From Octopus bimaculoides (lineage: Eukaryota), in contig NC_068982.1 in NCBI RefSeq assembly GCF_001194135.2, forward strand, positions 5,343,858 to 5,407,857: a DNA stretch of 64,000 bases, given 5' to 3'. Both the position numbers and the translations under genes were made by a program. Below are positions 1 to 11,405 of this stretch, piece after piece; the stretch's first letter is position 1; each line of letters begins with the position of its first letter. A model generated the notes under the pieces. That model ran no database searches, was not told where the DNA came from, and saw nothing but the letters and a program-made list of their open reading frames with translations.

Positions 1-365
1 CAGGGCCATCTACCTGAAGGGGTTTGTGTTTTATCTACCTTCCTACTTATTAGGATTTTGGTTTTAGCTAGGTTGACTCTAAGGCCCTTCAATTCTAGAC
101 CTTGCTTCCACACCTGAAACTTCTCCTCTAGTTCTGATAGTGACTCCGCAATTAGGGCAAGGTCATCAGCATAGAGGAGCTCCCAGGGGCAACCTGTCTT
201 GAACTCCTCTGTGATTGCCTGGAGGACTATGGTAAATAATAGGGGGCTGAGGACGGAACCTTGGTGGACCCCTACCTCTACCCGGAATTCATTGCTGTAC
301 TCATTTCCAACCCTCACCTTACTGGCCGCATCTCTGTACATGGCTCGCACAGCTCTCACTAGCCA
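1..365 (-). mobile_element. RTE-clade LINE reverse transcriptase fragment, 5'-truncated, runs off the left edge
   Basis: Manual translation of 365->1 is stop-free: WLVRAVRAMYRDAASKVRVGNEYSNEFRVEVGVHQGSVLSPLLFTIVLQAITEEFKTGCPWELLYADDLALIAES...GLRVNLAKTKIL...GRWP. It contains the QGSVLSP and YADD RT motifs. Confidence 0.93.
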
Positions 366-1264
366 TGTAAAATAAAAATAAAGCCTGCATATGAGTAACA
401 TGGATAAATTCCTCTCACCGAGATCTATCATATAGGCTGACACAAATCAATTTCATGTGTCACTCTCCCAATTTTGACCTCATATTTTACTGAAACTTTT
501 TTTAATACTGTAGCAATTTTCAAATTTTGTAGGTGAAAATGTAGCTTAGGATGGGACCATTCAAAAAATGTAAACATCATCTAATTTGGTTTAAAAGTGA
601 GTTAGTGACAAAGCCTAGAATTGGTCGTGAGTGAGTAAGTGTTGACCTTAAGAATAATATTCACACCCTACAATATGTGAATGATATTTTTTGGAATGAT
701 TAGCACCACAACACTCGTCCTGATGAATTCTATCATATGAGGCAGTAAAAAAAAAAGTTTTTAGGTGTCACCACATTTTTCAGCACATTTGGTCACAGTA
801 CTTTTTTATCTTGCCATAATTGACATTATCGGATTCCTCTAGTGGAGATCTATCTGAAAAATGGAATTCCAATATAGTTTTCTTTATAAATAAGAATATT
901 TGGAGTCAATTTCAGTTGTTAATCTCTTATTTTTCACTGGTTTTTACCTCCGTACTTTTTTCTACAGAATATTTTTGCATACAAGTAACATGCATTGATT
1001 CCTCTCACCAAGATCTATCATATAAACTAAAATAAAATATAGAGTTCTTGAAAAAAAAAAAAACATATTTGGACCCAAAGTCGATTTCATGTGTCACTCT
1101 CCCATTTTTGATCTCACATACTTTGCTGAAACCTTTTTTCCTACTGAAGGAATTTTCAAATATTGTAGCTGAAAATGTAGCTTATGATGTAAACATGTAA
1201 ACATAATCTAATTTGGTTAAAGACTCGGTGACAAAGCCTAGAAGTGGTCCTGACTGAGTAAATG

Positions 1265-1302
<38 letters not shown>

Positions 1303-1506
1303 GTCGTTTAACGTCCGCTTTCCATGCTAGCATGGGTTGGACGATTTGACTGAGGACTGGTGAAACCGGATGACAACACCAGGCTCCAATCTGATTTGGC
1401 AGAGTTTCTACAGCTGGATGCCCTTCCTAACGCCAACCACTCCGAGAGTGTAGTGGGTGCTTTTACGTGCCACCCGCACGAAGGCCAGTCAGGCGGTACT
1501 GGCAAC
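1265..1506 (-). mobile_element. RTE LINE 3' tail fragment inserted in the satellite
   Basis: (CAT)n followed by GTTTAACGTCCGCTTTCCATGCTAGCATGGGTTGG, the reverse complement of the tail that follows the RTE ORF end at 23040-23560. Confidence 0.85.
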
Positions 1507-4500
1507 ATTCAAGCACTCCTGTGTGTGAATGATATTTTCTTGAAAGATAACACCACAACACTTGTCCTGATGAGTTTTATTATATAAGGTATTAAAAAAA
1601 ATTTGGGGATTTTGAATTTTATTTTAAGTGTTACCACTTTTTGGGGCACATTTGGCTCCAGTAGTTTTTTTATTTAAATTGTTTCTGGGTATAATTGGCA
1701 TCATCAGATTCCTTTAGTGGTGATCTATCTGAAAAATTGAATTTCAATATAGTTTTCCATTCAAAGCAGAACAATATTTGGAGTTAAAATCGATTTCAGG
1801 TGTTAATCTCCTCTTTTTGCTGGTTTTTATCTGAGTTCATTTTTTTCTAGTGAATATTTTTGCAAGTAACATGGATAGATTCCTCCAGCCAAGATCTATC
1901 ATACAATCTACAATAAAATATAGGTTTCTTGAAAAAAAGGAATATTTGGATTCAAAGTCGATTTCAGGTGTCACTCTCACATTTTTGATCTCTTATATTT
2001 TGCTGAAACATTTTTTTCTACTGAAGACATTTTCAATGTTTGTAGCTGAAAATTCAATTTCCTTTGTTTTTTCGCTGGGTTTTACCTCAGTACTTTTTTC
2101 TACTGAATATTTTTGCATGTAAGTAACATGGATAGATTCCCCTCACCAAGATCTATCATATAAATTAAAATAGAATACAGATTTCTCTAAAAAAACAAAA
2201 TTTTTAAATAAAAAACAACTGGGGCCAAATGTGCCAAAAAAGAGGTAACACCTAAAATCAAATTGAAGACCTGAAATTTTTTTTATACCTCATATGATAG
2301 AAATTTGTATCTTATCTTAACTTATATGATAGATCTCGTTGAGAGGAATCTATCCATGTTACTTATATGAAAGTACTGATATGAAAATTATCCAAAAACA
2401 ACAAAAAAAAAAAAACAGGATTAACACCTGAAATCAAATTTTGACTCCAAATATTATTTTTAATGAAAACTATATTTAAATTTAACTTTTCAGAGATTTC
2501 TACTAGAGGAATCAGATAGATCTCTAGTGGAGATCTATCTGAGAACTTGAATTTAAATATAGTTTCTGTTTGAAATAAAAATAATATTTCGATTTCAGGT
2601 GTTAATCCCCATTTGTTTTTCACCAGGTTTTACCTCAGTACTTTTTTTTGCCACTGAATAATTTTGCAGATAAGTAACATGGATAGATTCCTCTCGCCAA
2701 AATCTATCACATAAGCTAAATTTAAATGTAGAATTCTTTCAAAAGAAAAAAAAAAAAAATTTGGATTCAAAATCGATTTCAGGTGTTACTTTCACGTTTT
2801 TGATCTCACTGAAAGTATTTTTCTATCAAAACAATTTTCAAATTTTGTAGCTGAAAATATAGCTTGTGATGTGACCAATCTAGAAATGTAAACATCATCT
2901 TATTTGAAATCAACTTTCAGTTCAAAAATTTTTTTTCTTTAAAGAAATCTATATTTTATTTTAGCTGATATGATAGACTTTGGTGAGAGGAATCTATCCA
3001 TGTCAATTAGATGCAAAAATATTCAGTACAAAAAATGTACTGAATTGAAAACTGGCAAAAAAAAAAAAGAAAAGATCAACGCTTGAAATCAACATTGACT
3101 CCAAATATTATTCTTATTTCCAAAGAAGACTTTATTGAAATTCAACTTTTTAGAGACATCTCCACTAGAGGAATCCAATAATGCTAATTATATCAAGACA
3201 AGTGTCTTGGTGCTAATATTTGCAAAGAGTATCATTCACACGTGCTAAGTGTGTGAATGATATTCAGAAGGTCAACATTTACTCCCTTATGACTACTTCT
3301 AGACTTTGTCACTAATTCTGTTTTTAACCAAATTACATTTGTCACGTCACAAGCTACATTTTCATCTACAAAATTTGAAAATTGCTTCTGTAGAAAAAAA
3401 GTTTCAGTAAAATATGAGGGATCAAAAATGGAAGAGTAACACCAGAAATAAATATTGAGTCCATATATATTTTTTAAAAAAGAAATCTACTTTTAATTTT
3501 CGATTATATGATAGGTCTTAGTGAGAGGAATCTATCCATATTACTTAGATGCAAAAATATTCAGTAGAAAAAAAAACTGTGGAAGCAAAACAAAAAGGGA
3601 GATTAACGTCTTATTTTGAAAGAAAATTATATTTAAATTTAACTTTTCAGATAGATGAATCTGATGATGCCAATTATATCAAGAGAAATTTTAAAATTAA
3701 AAACTACTGGGGCCATAAGTGCCGAAAAATGTGACAACACCTAAGATCAATTCAATGCCAAAATTTTTTTTAATACCTCATATGAGATAGATCTTATCAA
3801 ATGATGTGGTGCTAATCTTTCCAAAATATACCATTCACAGGTGTTAATCTCCTTTTTTTGTGCCAAGTTTTACCTCAATACTTTTTTTCTACCGAATATT
3901 TTTGGATCACTTGTCTTGATGAGGTCTTTGATATGAGGTATTAAAAATAGAAAATGTTGGCATTGAATTTAATTTTGGGTGTTACCACTTTTCTCAGCAC
4001 TTATGGCCCCAGTAGTTTTCAGTTTAAAATTTTTTCTTGATATAATTGGCATCATTGGATTCCTCTGGTGGATATCTATCTGAAAAATTTTGAAATAAGA
4101 ATAATATTTGGGGTCAGATTTCGATTTCATGTGTTAATCTCCCATTTCTTTCACTGAATTTTATCTCAGTACTTTTTTCTACTGAATAATTTTGCCAATA
4201 AGTAACATGGATAGATTCCCCTCACCGAGTTCTATCATATAAATTAAAATAAAATACGGATTCCTTTAAAAAAATATATTTGAACTCAAAATCTATTTCA
4301 GTTGTTACTTGCCTGTTTTTGACCTCGCATATTTTACTGAAAGTTTTTTCTACCGAAGGAATTTTCAAATTTTTTTTTTAGCTTAAAATGTAGCTTGTGA
4401 TGTGACCAATCTAAAAATGTAAACATCATCTAATTTGGTTAAAAAGTGAATTAGTGACAAAGCCTAGAATTGGTCGTGAGTGAGTAAATGTTGACCATAA

Positions 4501-5174
4501 GAATATTATTCACACACTAGCACGTGTGAATGAAATGTTTTGGAAAAATTCGCACCACAGCTCTTGTTTTGATGAATTCTATCATATGAGGTAGTAAAAA
4601 AAAATAGATTTTTCGGTTTTGAATTTGAATTTAGGTGTTACTTCTTTTTGCAGAACATTTGGCGCCAGTAGTTTTTTATTTAAAATTGTTTCTTGATATC
4701 ATTGGCATCAGATTCCTCTAGTGGAGATCTATCTGAAAAGTTGAATTGAAATATAGTTTTCTTTTGAAGTAAGAATAATATTTGGAGTCAAATTTCAATT
4801 TCAGGTGCTAATCTCCTTTTTTCTTCCACCAGGTTTTACCGCAGTATTTCTTTTCTACTGAATATTTTTGCAAAAAAGTAACATGGATAGATTCCTCATG
4901 CCGAGATCTATCATATAAGCTAAAATAAAATATGTGACTCCAAATCTCTTTCAGGTGTGACTCTCTCGATTTTGATCTCACATATTTTATCGAAACTTAT
5001 TTTCTACCGAAGCAACTTTTACATTTTGGTGCTGAAGATGTAGCTTTGGATATGACTGATCTAAAAATGTAAACATCATCTAATTTCAGTTGTATATTTA
5101 AGAGATGAGGAATTATGTACCATATTTACATTATTTACATTTGACGGATATTTGTCCTCATCTTGTCTGTTGTT

Positions 5175-5220
5175 AACACGACGTTTCGACTGTTATTCCC
5201 TCCAGCCTTCATCAGGTGTC
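5175..5220 (-). ncRNA. Minimal type I hammerhead ribozyme motif with intact core
   Basis: GACAC-CTGATGA-A-GGCTG(loop)CAGTC-GAAAC-GTC-GTGTT. Stem I GACAC/GTGTT, stem II 5 bp, loopless palindromic stem III ACGT, GUC triplet. Predicted cleavage between 5180 and 5179. Confidence 0.75.
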
Positions 5221-5290
5221 TTGGGGAAATTTCAAACCTGTGTTCTCATTCTTAAGGTATTTTTCGATATTATTATTATTATTACGCCAC

Positions 5291-5361
5291 GGGCATATGG
5301 CGTAGTGGTTAAGAGCGTGGGCTACTAACCCCAAGATTACAAGTTCGATTCCAGGCAGTGA

Positions 5362-5365
<4 letters not shown>
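5291..5365 (+). promoter_or_regulatory. tRNA-derived Pol III head (A and B boxes) of the hammerhead element
   Basis: A box TGGCGTAGTGG, then TTAAGAGCG, an anticodon-arm-like segment and B box GTTCGATTC at tRNA-like spacing. Confidence 0.75.
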
Positions 5366-5399
<34 letters not shown>

Positions 5400-6224
5400 T
5401 CGAAAAATACCTGAGGAATGAGAACCCAGGTTCGAAATTTCCCCAAGACATCTGATGAAGGCTGGAGAGTATATCAGCCGAAACGTGTAAACAACAAACA
5501 AAATGAGAACAAATATCCGTCAAATGTAAATAATATCATGTAATTTTGTTAAAGACTGGGTTAGTGATAAAGCCTAGAATTGGTTGTGAATGAGTAAATT
5601 TTGACCTTGAGAATTTTTTGTTCACACATGGTAGTGTGTGAATGATATATATGCATTTATGCATATGTACTCACAGAGATTAGTTATGGGTTCATTAGAA
5701 CTTTTACACATCAACATGTAGTATGCCAGAACTGGCTAGGTATTATAACATAGGGTTCACAGTGAAATAAAACAACCATGAGATATCATGTGTTAGTAGG
5801 ATACTGCATGTATGTAACTGCCAAATCCAATTTAAACTAGATCTGATTTAAGGTTGGTTGCAGGTGCAGCATAGGTTTAAGAAGTAGAACATAAGAACAT
5901 AAATGGGATTGAAAATTTACTACAACTGTTTTGAGAGAACTTTACTGGTGAATTAATAGATTACATCATAAGATAAACCCAGCATCCTACGATAGAATTT
6001 TAAACAGGTATAAATTGGTGAGGTAGAACCTTGATCATGACATGTCCAACGACATATTGGATAAGTGATATTTTAGAAAAGAGCATTTGAATCTCTAAAG
6101 AAATGAGAAGTGTAATGGGTAGGCAACAAGCAAAGAGGTCAAACACCTCTAGTATTTTGAAACAGTTACCTTAATTAGTTTATAGTAGCCAACATATGTG
6201 ATATGTATGTGTGTGTGTTGAGAG

Positions 6225-6480
6225 AGAGAAGGCGAGGCATATATATTGCAAGATCATGGGTTCGATTCCTAGACTGGGTGTTGTGTTGTGTTCTTGAGCA
6301 TAGCACTTCATTTCACATTGCTCTGTGATCATTTTGACATCTGACGTGTGGCACACAGTTGCACCTGTACAGGTAATGTCGATTTGATGGAGAGGAGTGA
6401 GATTATGTCTACACAAACATTTCATCACATCTGTGTGGTTGATCGATAAGAAATTGTCGAACCCTCATACATCATCTAAT
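6225..6480 (+). mobile_element. tRNA-derived SINE, degenerate
   Basis: B box GGGTTCGATTCC followed by GTTGTGTTCTTGAGCATAGCACTTCATTTCAC, similar to 9660-9990. Confidence 0.5.
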
Positions 6481-6559
6481 GACGGGAGAGTCTGTTATAT
6501 ATTTATACACATACAAACACACAAACACCCACCTATATGTGTGTCTTTGTGCATGTCTT

Positions 6560-6794
6560 TGTTCCCCGTGAAACAGTGTCGGTTTGTTTATGTCCCTGTT
6601 ACCTAGAGATTGATAGAATAAGTATCAGGCTTGAAAAAAAGTATGAGTACTGGAGTTGATTTGCTTGACTAAAGCCTTCAAGGCGGTGCCCCAGCATGGT
6701 CGGACTCCAGAGACTGAAACAAATAAAAGACAAAATAAATAAAAGTTGAAAATTAAGAAATATGCATATGCAGTCAGATATGCATACATATATA

Positions 6795-6834
<40 letters not shown>

Positions 6835-7030
6835 TACACAGACATAAACATGTATAGACACACACACACACACTCACACAGAGCTTCTTTCAGCTTCCGT
6901 CTACCAAATCCACCCACAAGGCTTTGGTCAGCCTGAGGCTATAGCAGAAGACAATTGCCCGAGGTGCCACACAGTGGGACTGAACCTGAAACCATGTCGT
7001 TGGTAAACAAGCTACTTACCACGGCCATTC
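6560..7030. mobile_element. Fragments of SINE family A (3' half on +, 5' half on -)
   Basis: Matches the family-A copy at 46681-47090. Confidence 0.7.
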
Positions 7031-7069
7031 TGTCTGTCTGTCTCTCTCTCTCTCTTTCTATATATATAT

Positions 7070-7361
7070 NNNNNNNNNNNNNNNNNNNNNNNNNNNNNNN
7101 NNNNNNNNNNNNNNNNNNNNNNNNNNNNNNNNNNNNNNNNNNNNNNNNNNNNNNNNNNNNNNNNNNNNNNNNNNNNNNNNNNNNNNNNNNNNNNNNNNNN
7201 NNNNNNNNNNNNNNNNNNNNNNNNNNNNNNNNNNNNNNNNNNNNNNNNNNNNNNNNNNNNNNNNNNNNNNNNNNNNNNNNNNNNNNNNNNNNNNNNNNNN
7301 NNNNNNNNNNNNNNNNNNNNNNNNNNNNNNNNNNNNNNNNNNNNNNNNNNNNNNNNNNNNN
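7070..7361. other. Assembly gap
   Basis: N run flanked by (TA)n. Confidence 1.
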
Positions 7362-7644
7362 ATATATATATATATATAGGCATTTGTGAAAAGCTAGATA
7401 ACTAAATGTCATGACGTAGGATTTCAATAAATATTTTTTTCATTCTTTCATTATCTGCTGACGTCATCTTAAGTTCAAGTACTAAACTGACTTAAAATAT
7501 TCTATTTCCATTTAATGTTCATTTTTTTATGCATTCAAGTATTATAGATATTATTTCAGTTTACTTTGAATCTAACCTGTTTTGGCTTCCCTTGATAACA
7601 TTGCGTTAATGTAAATTTGCATATATAAATTTTCATCTATAACA

Positions 7645-7993
7645 AGCACAGGAGTTGCTGTGTGGTTAGAAGCTTGTTTACGAACCACATGGTTCCAGGT
7701 TCAGTCACACTGTGTGGCACTTTCGGCAAGTGTCTTCTACTATAGCCTTGGGCTGACCAGAGCCTTGTGAATAGATTTGGCAGACAGAAACTGAAAGAAG
7801 CCTGTTGTGTGTGTNNNNNNNNNNNNNNNNNNNNNNNNNNNNNNNNNNNNNNNNNNNNNNNNNNNNNNNNNNNNNNNNNNNNNNNNNNNNNNNNNNNNNN
7901 NNNNNNNNNNNNNNNNNNNNNNNNNNNNNNNNNNNNNNNNNNNNNNNNNNNNNNNNNNNNNNNNNNNNNNNNNNNNNNNNNNNNNNNNNNNNN

Positions 7994-8025
<32 letters not shown>

Positions 8026-8205
8026 GTATTTGTGTTTGTTTCCCCCACCATCACTTGACAACCAATGTTGGTGTATTTATGTCCCTGTAACTTAGCAGTT
8101 CAGCAAAAGAGACCGATAGAATAAATCCTGGGGTTTATATTTTTTTTAACTAAAGGCGGTGCTCCAGCATGGCTGCAGTCAAATGCCTGAAACAAGTAAA
8201 AGAAT
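7645..8205 (+). mobile_element. SINE family A with a gap in its internal microsatellite (N 7815-7993)
   Basis: Head GGAGTTGCTGTGTGG...GGTTCAGTC, body GACAGAAACTGAAAGAAGCC, tail GAAACAAGTAAAAGAATAAAA. Confidence 0.8.
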
Positions 8206-8738
8206 AAAAACCTTGGTTTGGCTGGTATTTTGCACCATTCTTCTGTATCGAAATATGCCACCAAAATAGCAACGCCTATCTGTAATTAATGGTGTAATCA
8301 TCAATTAAACGTGTGAGATTCTCCATTCTTGTTGCTGTTGTTAAAGACTCTGGATTCTTGTAAGTGATATTTGGATTTACTTATCGTACCTGAGGAATTA
8401 ACATCGGATGTTAATTCTATTTGAATTTATTGCTATCTGATTGTTCGATGTTGTTAACCAAGTTCGCTTAACCACTGAGTGCTTTCGAGATATCTACCTG
8501 GATTTATTAATCCAGCTTACCTCTTGATATCTAGACATATACACACTCACACATACACACACACATATATGATACATACACACACACATATATAATACAT
8601 ACACACACACATATATTGTTGTTGTTGGCACTCCGTCGCTTACGACGTCGAGGGTTCCAGTTGATCCGATCAATGGAACAGCCTGCTTGTGAAATTAACG
8701 TGCAAGTGGCTGAGCACTCCATAGACACGTGTACCTTT

Positions 8739-9653
8739 NNNNNNNNNNNNNNNNNNNNNNNNNNNNNNNNNNNNNNNNNNNNNNNNNNNNNNNNNNNNNN
8801 NNNNNNNNNNNNNNNNNNNNNNNNNNNNNNNNNNNNNNNNNNNNNNNNNNNNNNNNNNNNNNNNNNNNNNNNNNNNNNNNNNNNNNNNNNNNNNNNNNNN
8901 NNNNNNNNNNNNNNNNNNNNNNNNNNNNNNNNNNNNNNNNNNNNNNNNNNNNNNNNNNNNNNNNNNNNNNNNNNNNNNNNNNNNNNNNNNNNNNNNNNNN
9001 NNNNNNNNNNNNNNNNNNNNNNNNNNNNNNNNNNNNNNNNNNNNNNNNNNNNNNNNNNNNNNNNNNNNNNNNNNNNNNNNNNNNNNNNNNNNNNNNNNNN
9101 NNNNNNNNNNNNNNNNNNNNNNNNNNNNNNNNNNNNNNNNNNNNNNNNNNNNNNNNNNNNNNNNNNNNNNNNNNNNNNNNNNNNNNNNNNNNNNNNNNNN
9201 NNNNNNNNNNNNNNNNNNNNNNNNNNNNNNNNNNNNNNNNNNNNNNNNNNNNNNNNNNNNNNNNNNNNNNNNNNNNNNNNNNNNNNNNNNNNNNNNNNNN
9301 NNNNNNNNNNNNNNNNNNNNNNNNNNNNNNNNNNNNNNNNNNNNNNNNNNNNNNNNNNNNNNNNNNNNNNNNNNNNNNNNNNNNNNNNNNNNNNNNNNNN
9401 NNNNNNNNNNNNNNNNNNNNNNNNNNNNNNNNNNNNNNNNNNNNNNNNNNNNNNNNNNNNNNNNNNNNNNNNNNNNNNNNNNNNNNNNNNNNNNNNNNNN
9501 NNNNNNNNNNNNNNNNNNNNNNNNNNNNNNNNNNNNNNNNNNNNNNNNNNNNNNNNNNNNNNNNNNNNNNNNNNNNNNNNNNNNNNNNNNNNNNNNNNNN
9601 NNNNNNNNNNNNNNNNNNNNNNNNNNNNNNNNNNNNNNNNNNNNNNNNNNNNN
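8739..9653. other. Assembly gap
   Basis: N run. Confidence 1.
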
Positions 9654-9659
9654 TATATA

Positions 9660-9990
9660 GTGAAGGCGCATGGCTCAGTGGTTAGAACGTCGAGCTTATG
9701 ATCGTGAGGTTGTGAGTTTGATTCCTGGACTGGGCTGCATGTTGTGTTCTTGAGCAAGACACTTTATTTCACGTTGCTCCAGTTCACTCAGCTGTAGAAA
9801 TGAGTTGCAACATCACTGGTGCCAAGCTGTATTGGCCCCTTTGCCTTTCCCTTGGATAACATCAGTGGTGTGGAAACGGGAGGCCGGTATGCATGGGCGA
9901 CTAATGGTGTTTCACAAACAACCTTGTCCGGACTTGTGCCATGGAGGGTAACGTTCTAGGTGCAATCCCACCGTCAGTAATGTCCGAAGC
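9660..9990 (+). mobile_element. tRNA-derived SINE (family D)
   Basis: A box TGGCTCAGTGG, B-box-like GTTTGATTCC, core GTTGTGTTCTTGAGCAAGACACTTTATTTCACGTTGCTCCAG; a related inverted fragment is at ~48060-48210. Confidence 0.75.
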
Positions 9991-9992
9991 GG

Positions 9993-10294
9993 GGTCTCAG
10001 CATATATATGTGTGTATGTGTGTGTGTACATATGTATGTATATGTGTGTATATATGTGTGTGTGTGTATATGTATGTATGTGTGTATATGTGTGTGTATA
10101 TATATGTATGTATATGTGTGTATATATATGTGTGAGTATATATATGTATATATATATATGTGAGTATATGTGTGTGTGTATGTATATGTGTGAGTATATA
10201 TATGTGTGTATATATATATATGTGTATATTTATATATATATATATATATATATATAAATATATAAGCATACATATATAATCACTGATAGACACA

Positions 10295-10367
<73 letters not shown>

Positions 10368-10430
10368 ACAGAGATGCAAGAACACTCATACACACACACA
10401 CACGCACACACACACACACACATACATAAC
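9993..10430. repeat. Compound microsatellite (TG/TA/GA/CA)n
   Basis: Direct inspection. Confidence 0.95.
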
Positions 10431-10704
10431 TTCATTTAAAATCCTAACTACTTTTTCCATTCCATTTCGTAAAATAAATGATGCATTATAAGCATCGAGT
10501 AGAATATACGTGGACTTTTGTGTTTACGGCTAATAATATTTTTAATACGTAATTAGTAAATTGCTGCAAGTGAATACAAGTAAAATAACAGAGAAGATTG
10601 AAATATAACAACTAGAACAAGAAGAAGAAGAAGAAAAAAAGAAGCTGAGAATAGAAATTTGGAAATGGAGATAATCAGAATTTCATCATTACCATCATCG
10701 CCAT

Positions 10705-10935
10705 TGTCGTCATCATCAGCATCTAACATCCGTTTTCCTTGCTGCCATGGGTTGGATGGTTTTGTAGAAGCTGGCAAGCCAAAGAGCTGCACCAGGCTCC
10801 AGTTGTCTGTTCTGGCATGAGTTTTATGGCTGGATGCCCTTTCTAGTGCCAACCACTTTACAGGGTGTACAGGATGCTTTTTTAGGTGGCACCAGCTCAA
10901 GTGCCTTTTACATGGTACCTGCATGGATGCCTTTT
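10705..10935 (-). mobile_element. RTE 3' tail, diverged
   Basis: CATCATC...CCATGGGTTGGATGG...GGATGCCCTTTCT...CCAACCAC signature. Confidence 0.7.
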
Positions 10936-10939
10936 GCAT

Positions 10940-11120
10940 GGCATGTGCATGAGTTTGGCTTGAGCTTGGTATGAGCATGCTATGAATATGAGCTTAGCAT
11001 GAGTTCGGCTTGAGCATGGTATGAATATGAGTTTGGCATGAGCATGAGTTTGACTTGAGTTTGGCATGAGCATGGTATGAATATGAGCTTAGCATGAGTT
11101 TGGCTTGAGCTTGGCATGAG
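10940..11120. repeat. Minisatellite of GCATGA/GTTTG motifs
   Basis: Recurrent GCATGAGTTTGGCTTGAGC and GCATGGTATGAATATGAG blocks. Confidence 0.85.
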
Positions 11121-11124
11121 CAAG

Positions 11125-11405
11125 AACCCTTTTTTCTTTTTACAAGTGCACGCTCAGAATTGGTCCTTTCACACCGGTCATTCTTTCAACAAACTTGCTA
11201 CAAGGCAACACTTCCCTCTCCACCCTCAACTTCCTGTTCAAGTGAAACTTGAAAAACTTGATGAGGGCTTGACCAAAGAGGAAAGTGCCTGTCTTTAGCC
11301 CTTTCAAACAGATCCACTATACTACTTCTTTCGCTACACCCACTCGACACATAAAAATTGCCTGCCCCCTCCTGACCAAAAGAGGGTGGCGGGGCAATCT
11401 TCACA
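11125..11405 (-). mobile_element. Tx1/L1-like LINE ORF2 C-terminal fragment, frameshifted
   Basis: IVKIAPPPSF / AKEVV*WICLKGLKTGTFLFGQALIKFFKFHLNRKLRVEREVL...ILSVHL* resembles Tx1-type ORF2 ends (recalled similarity, not searched). Confidence 0.55.

Larger units (their letters stand above)
5087..5534. mobile_element. Palindromic tRNA-head/hammerhead element, copy 1
   Basis: Inverted arms ~5130-5284 and ~5380-5534 around a tRNA-like head. Flanked by ATCATCTAATTT (5075-5086) and ATCATGTAATTT (5535-5546), an 11/12 TSD. It interrupts a satellite unit. Confidence 0.85.
395..5640. repeat. Complex AT-rich satellite-like array, unit ~590-680 bp, in both orientations
   Basis: Marker TAACATGGATAGATTCCTCTCACCAAGATCTATCATATA recurs on + at ~396, 986, 1867, 2124, 2675, 4203 and 4879, and on - at ~2361, 3000 and 3540. 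Other blocks are shared too (GTGACAAAGCCTAGAATTGGTCGTGAG; CTCTAGTGGAGATCTATCTGAAAA). Confidence 0.85.

Noticed and set aside
5291-5365. True tRNA gene
   Set aside because: A and B boxes are present but I cannot form a proper acceptor stem, and the head is embedded in a TSD-flanked repeat; treated as a SINE head
7459-7466. CRE palindrome TGACGTCA
   Set aside because: A single 8-mer with no supported promoter nearby
8515-8538. Minus-strand ATG TCT AGA TAT CAA GAG|gtaagc as a first coding exon
   Set aside because: Abuts a microsatellite and no compatible downstream exon was found
6939-9757. Long ORFs in the track (up to 408 aa)
   Set aside because: They are runs of X across assembly gaps and microsatellites
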